This document shows positions 62,381-62,830 of a DNA stretch of 62,830 nt, piece after piece; positions within the stretch are counted from its first letter, which is position 1; the number at the start of each line of letters is the position of its first letter. The DNA comes from Octopus bimaculoides. Taxonomy: Eukaryota. The stretch spans positions 31,196,734-31,259,563 of the forward strand of contig NC_068982.1 of the NCBI RefSeq assembly GCF_001194135.2, read 5' to 3'. A program made the position numbers and the translations under genes. The notes below the pieces were generated by a model, which made no database searches, had not been told where the DNA came from, and saw only the letters and a program-made list of their open reading frames with translations.

Positions 62381-62830
62381 TGCATGAACATTTATCTTCT
62401 GCATTGTACATTTGTTACACGATTACTATACATGATTGCATAAATATTTGTGAGACAGTTATAACTTAATAATATGGTTATATATTAGTAATTTAATAGT
62501 ATAGCATTTGTTGGTTGCTTTCAAGTTTTAAACAATGTAACTATGTTTACGACGTCTATATTACAAGGAAAAGTGCTTCTTCATTTGTTTGATGTACATA
62601 ACTTTTATTAAAGGAAAGCATTCTTTAAAATCAACACTGTCTAGAAAACTCTTATACATTCAGCTTTTAACATTAAAAAAATCAAAATATAGATCTAAGA
62701 GAATCCTCATTACCAATTCCTCTGGGAGTTGAAAAGTAGAAAGCAGTCAATAAATAACGTTTCTCCAAATTTTGTATACTTACTTTAATTAATATATAAA
62801 ACCTGTACGCCATATATATATATATATATA

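Overview
AT-rich, gapped, microsatellite-rich animal nuclear DNA. The SINE families look like those of octopus (coleoid cephalopod); this is recognition from memory, not a database search. I found no host protein-coding gene, rRNA, true tRNA or CRISPR array. The window is a transposon graveyard: three tRNA-derived SINE families (called A, B and C here, about 20 copies); a decayed Helitron Rep/helicase ORF downstream of a ~173-bp tandem array; a MULE deletion derivative with TIRs and a 9-bp TSD nested inside an RTE LINE; several Penelope-like (PLE) fragments; two mariner fragments; a Tc1-like remnant; an R4/Dong-type 3' end sitting in (TAA)n; and L1/Tx1-type elements, two of them head-to-tail. 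The most interesting signals are (1) a ~170-200 bp non-coding repeat, present three times, with minimal type I hammerhead-ribozyme architecture and a consistent non-canonical CUG-U-Y-GA core; (2) head-to-tail Tx1-like copies that lack poly(A) and end at the identical 13-mer GTGCTAGTTCCAC; and (3) a ~575-bp foldback around a PLE-like 3' end. Most ORFs in the supplied track are microsatellite, N-gap or antisense-TE artefacts.
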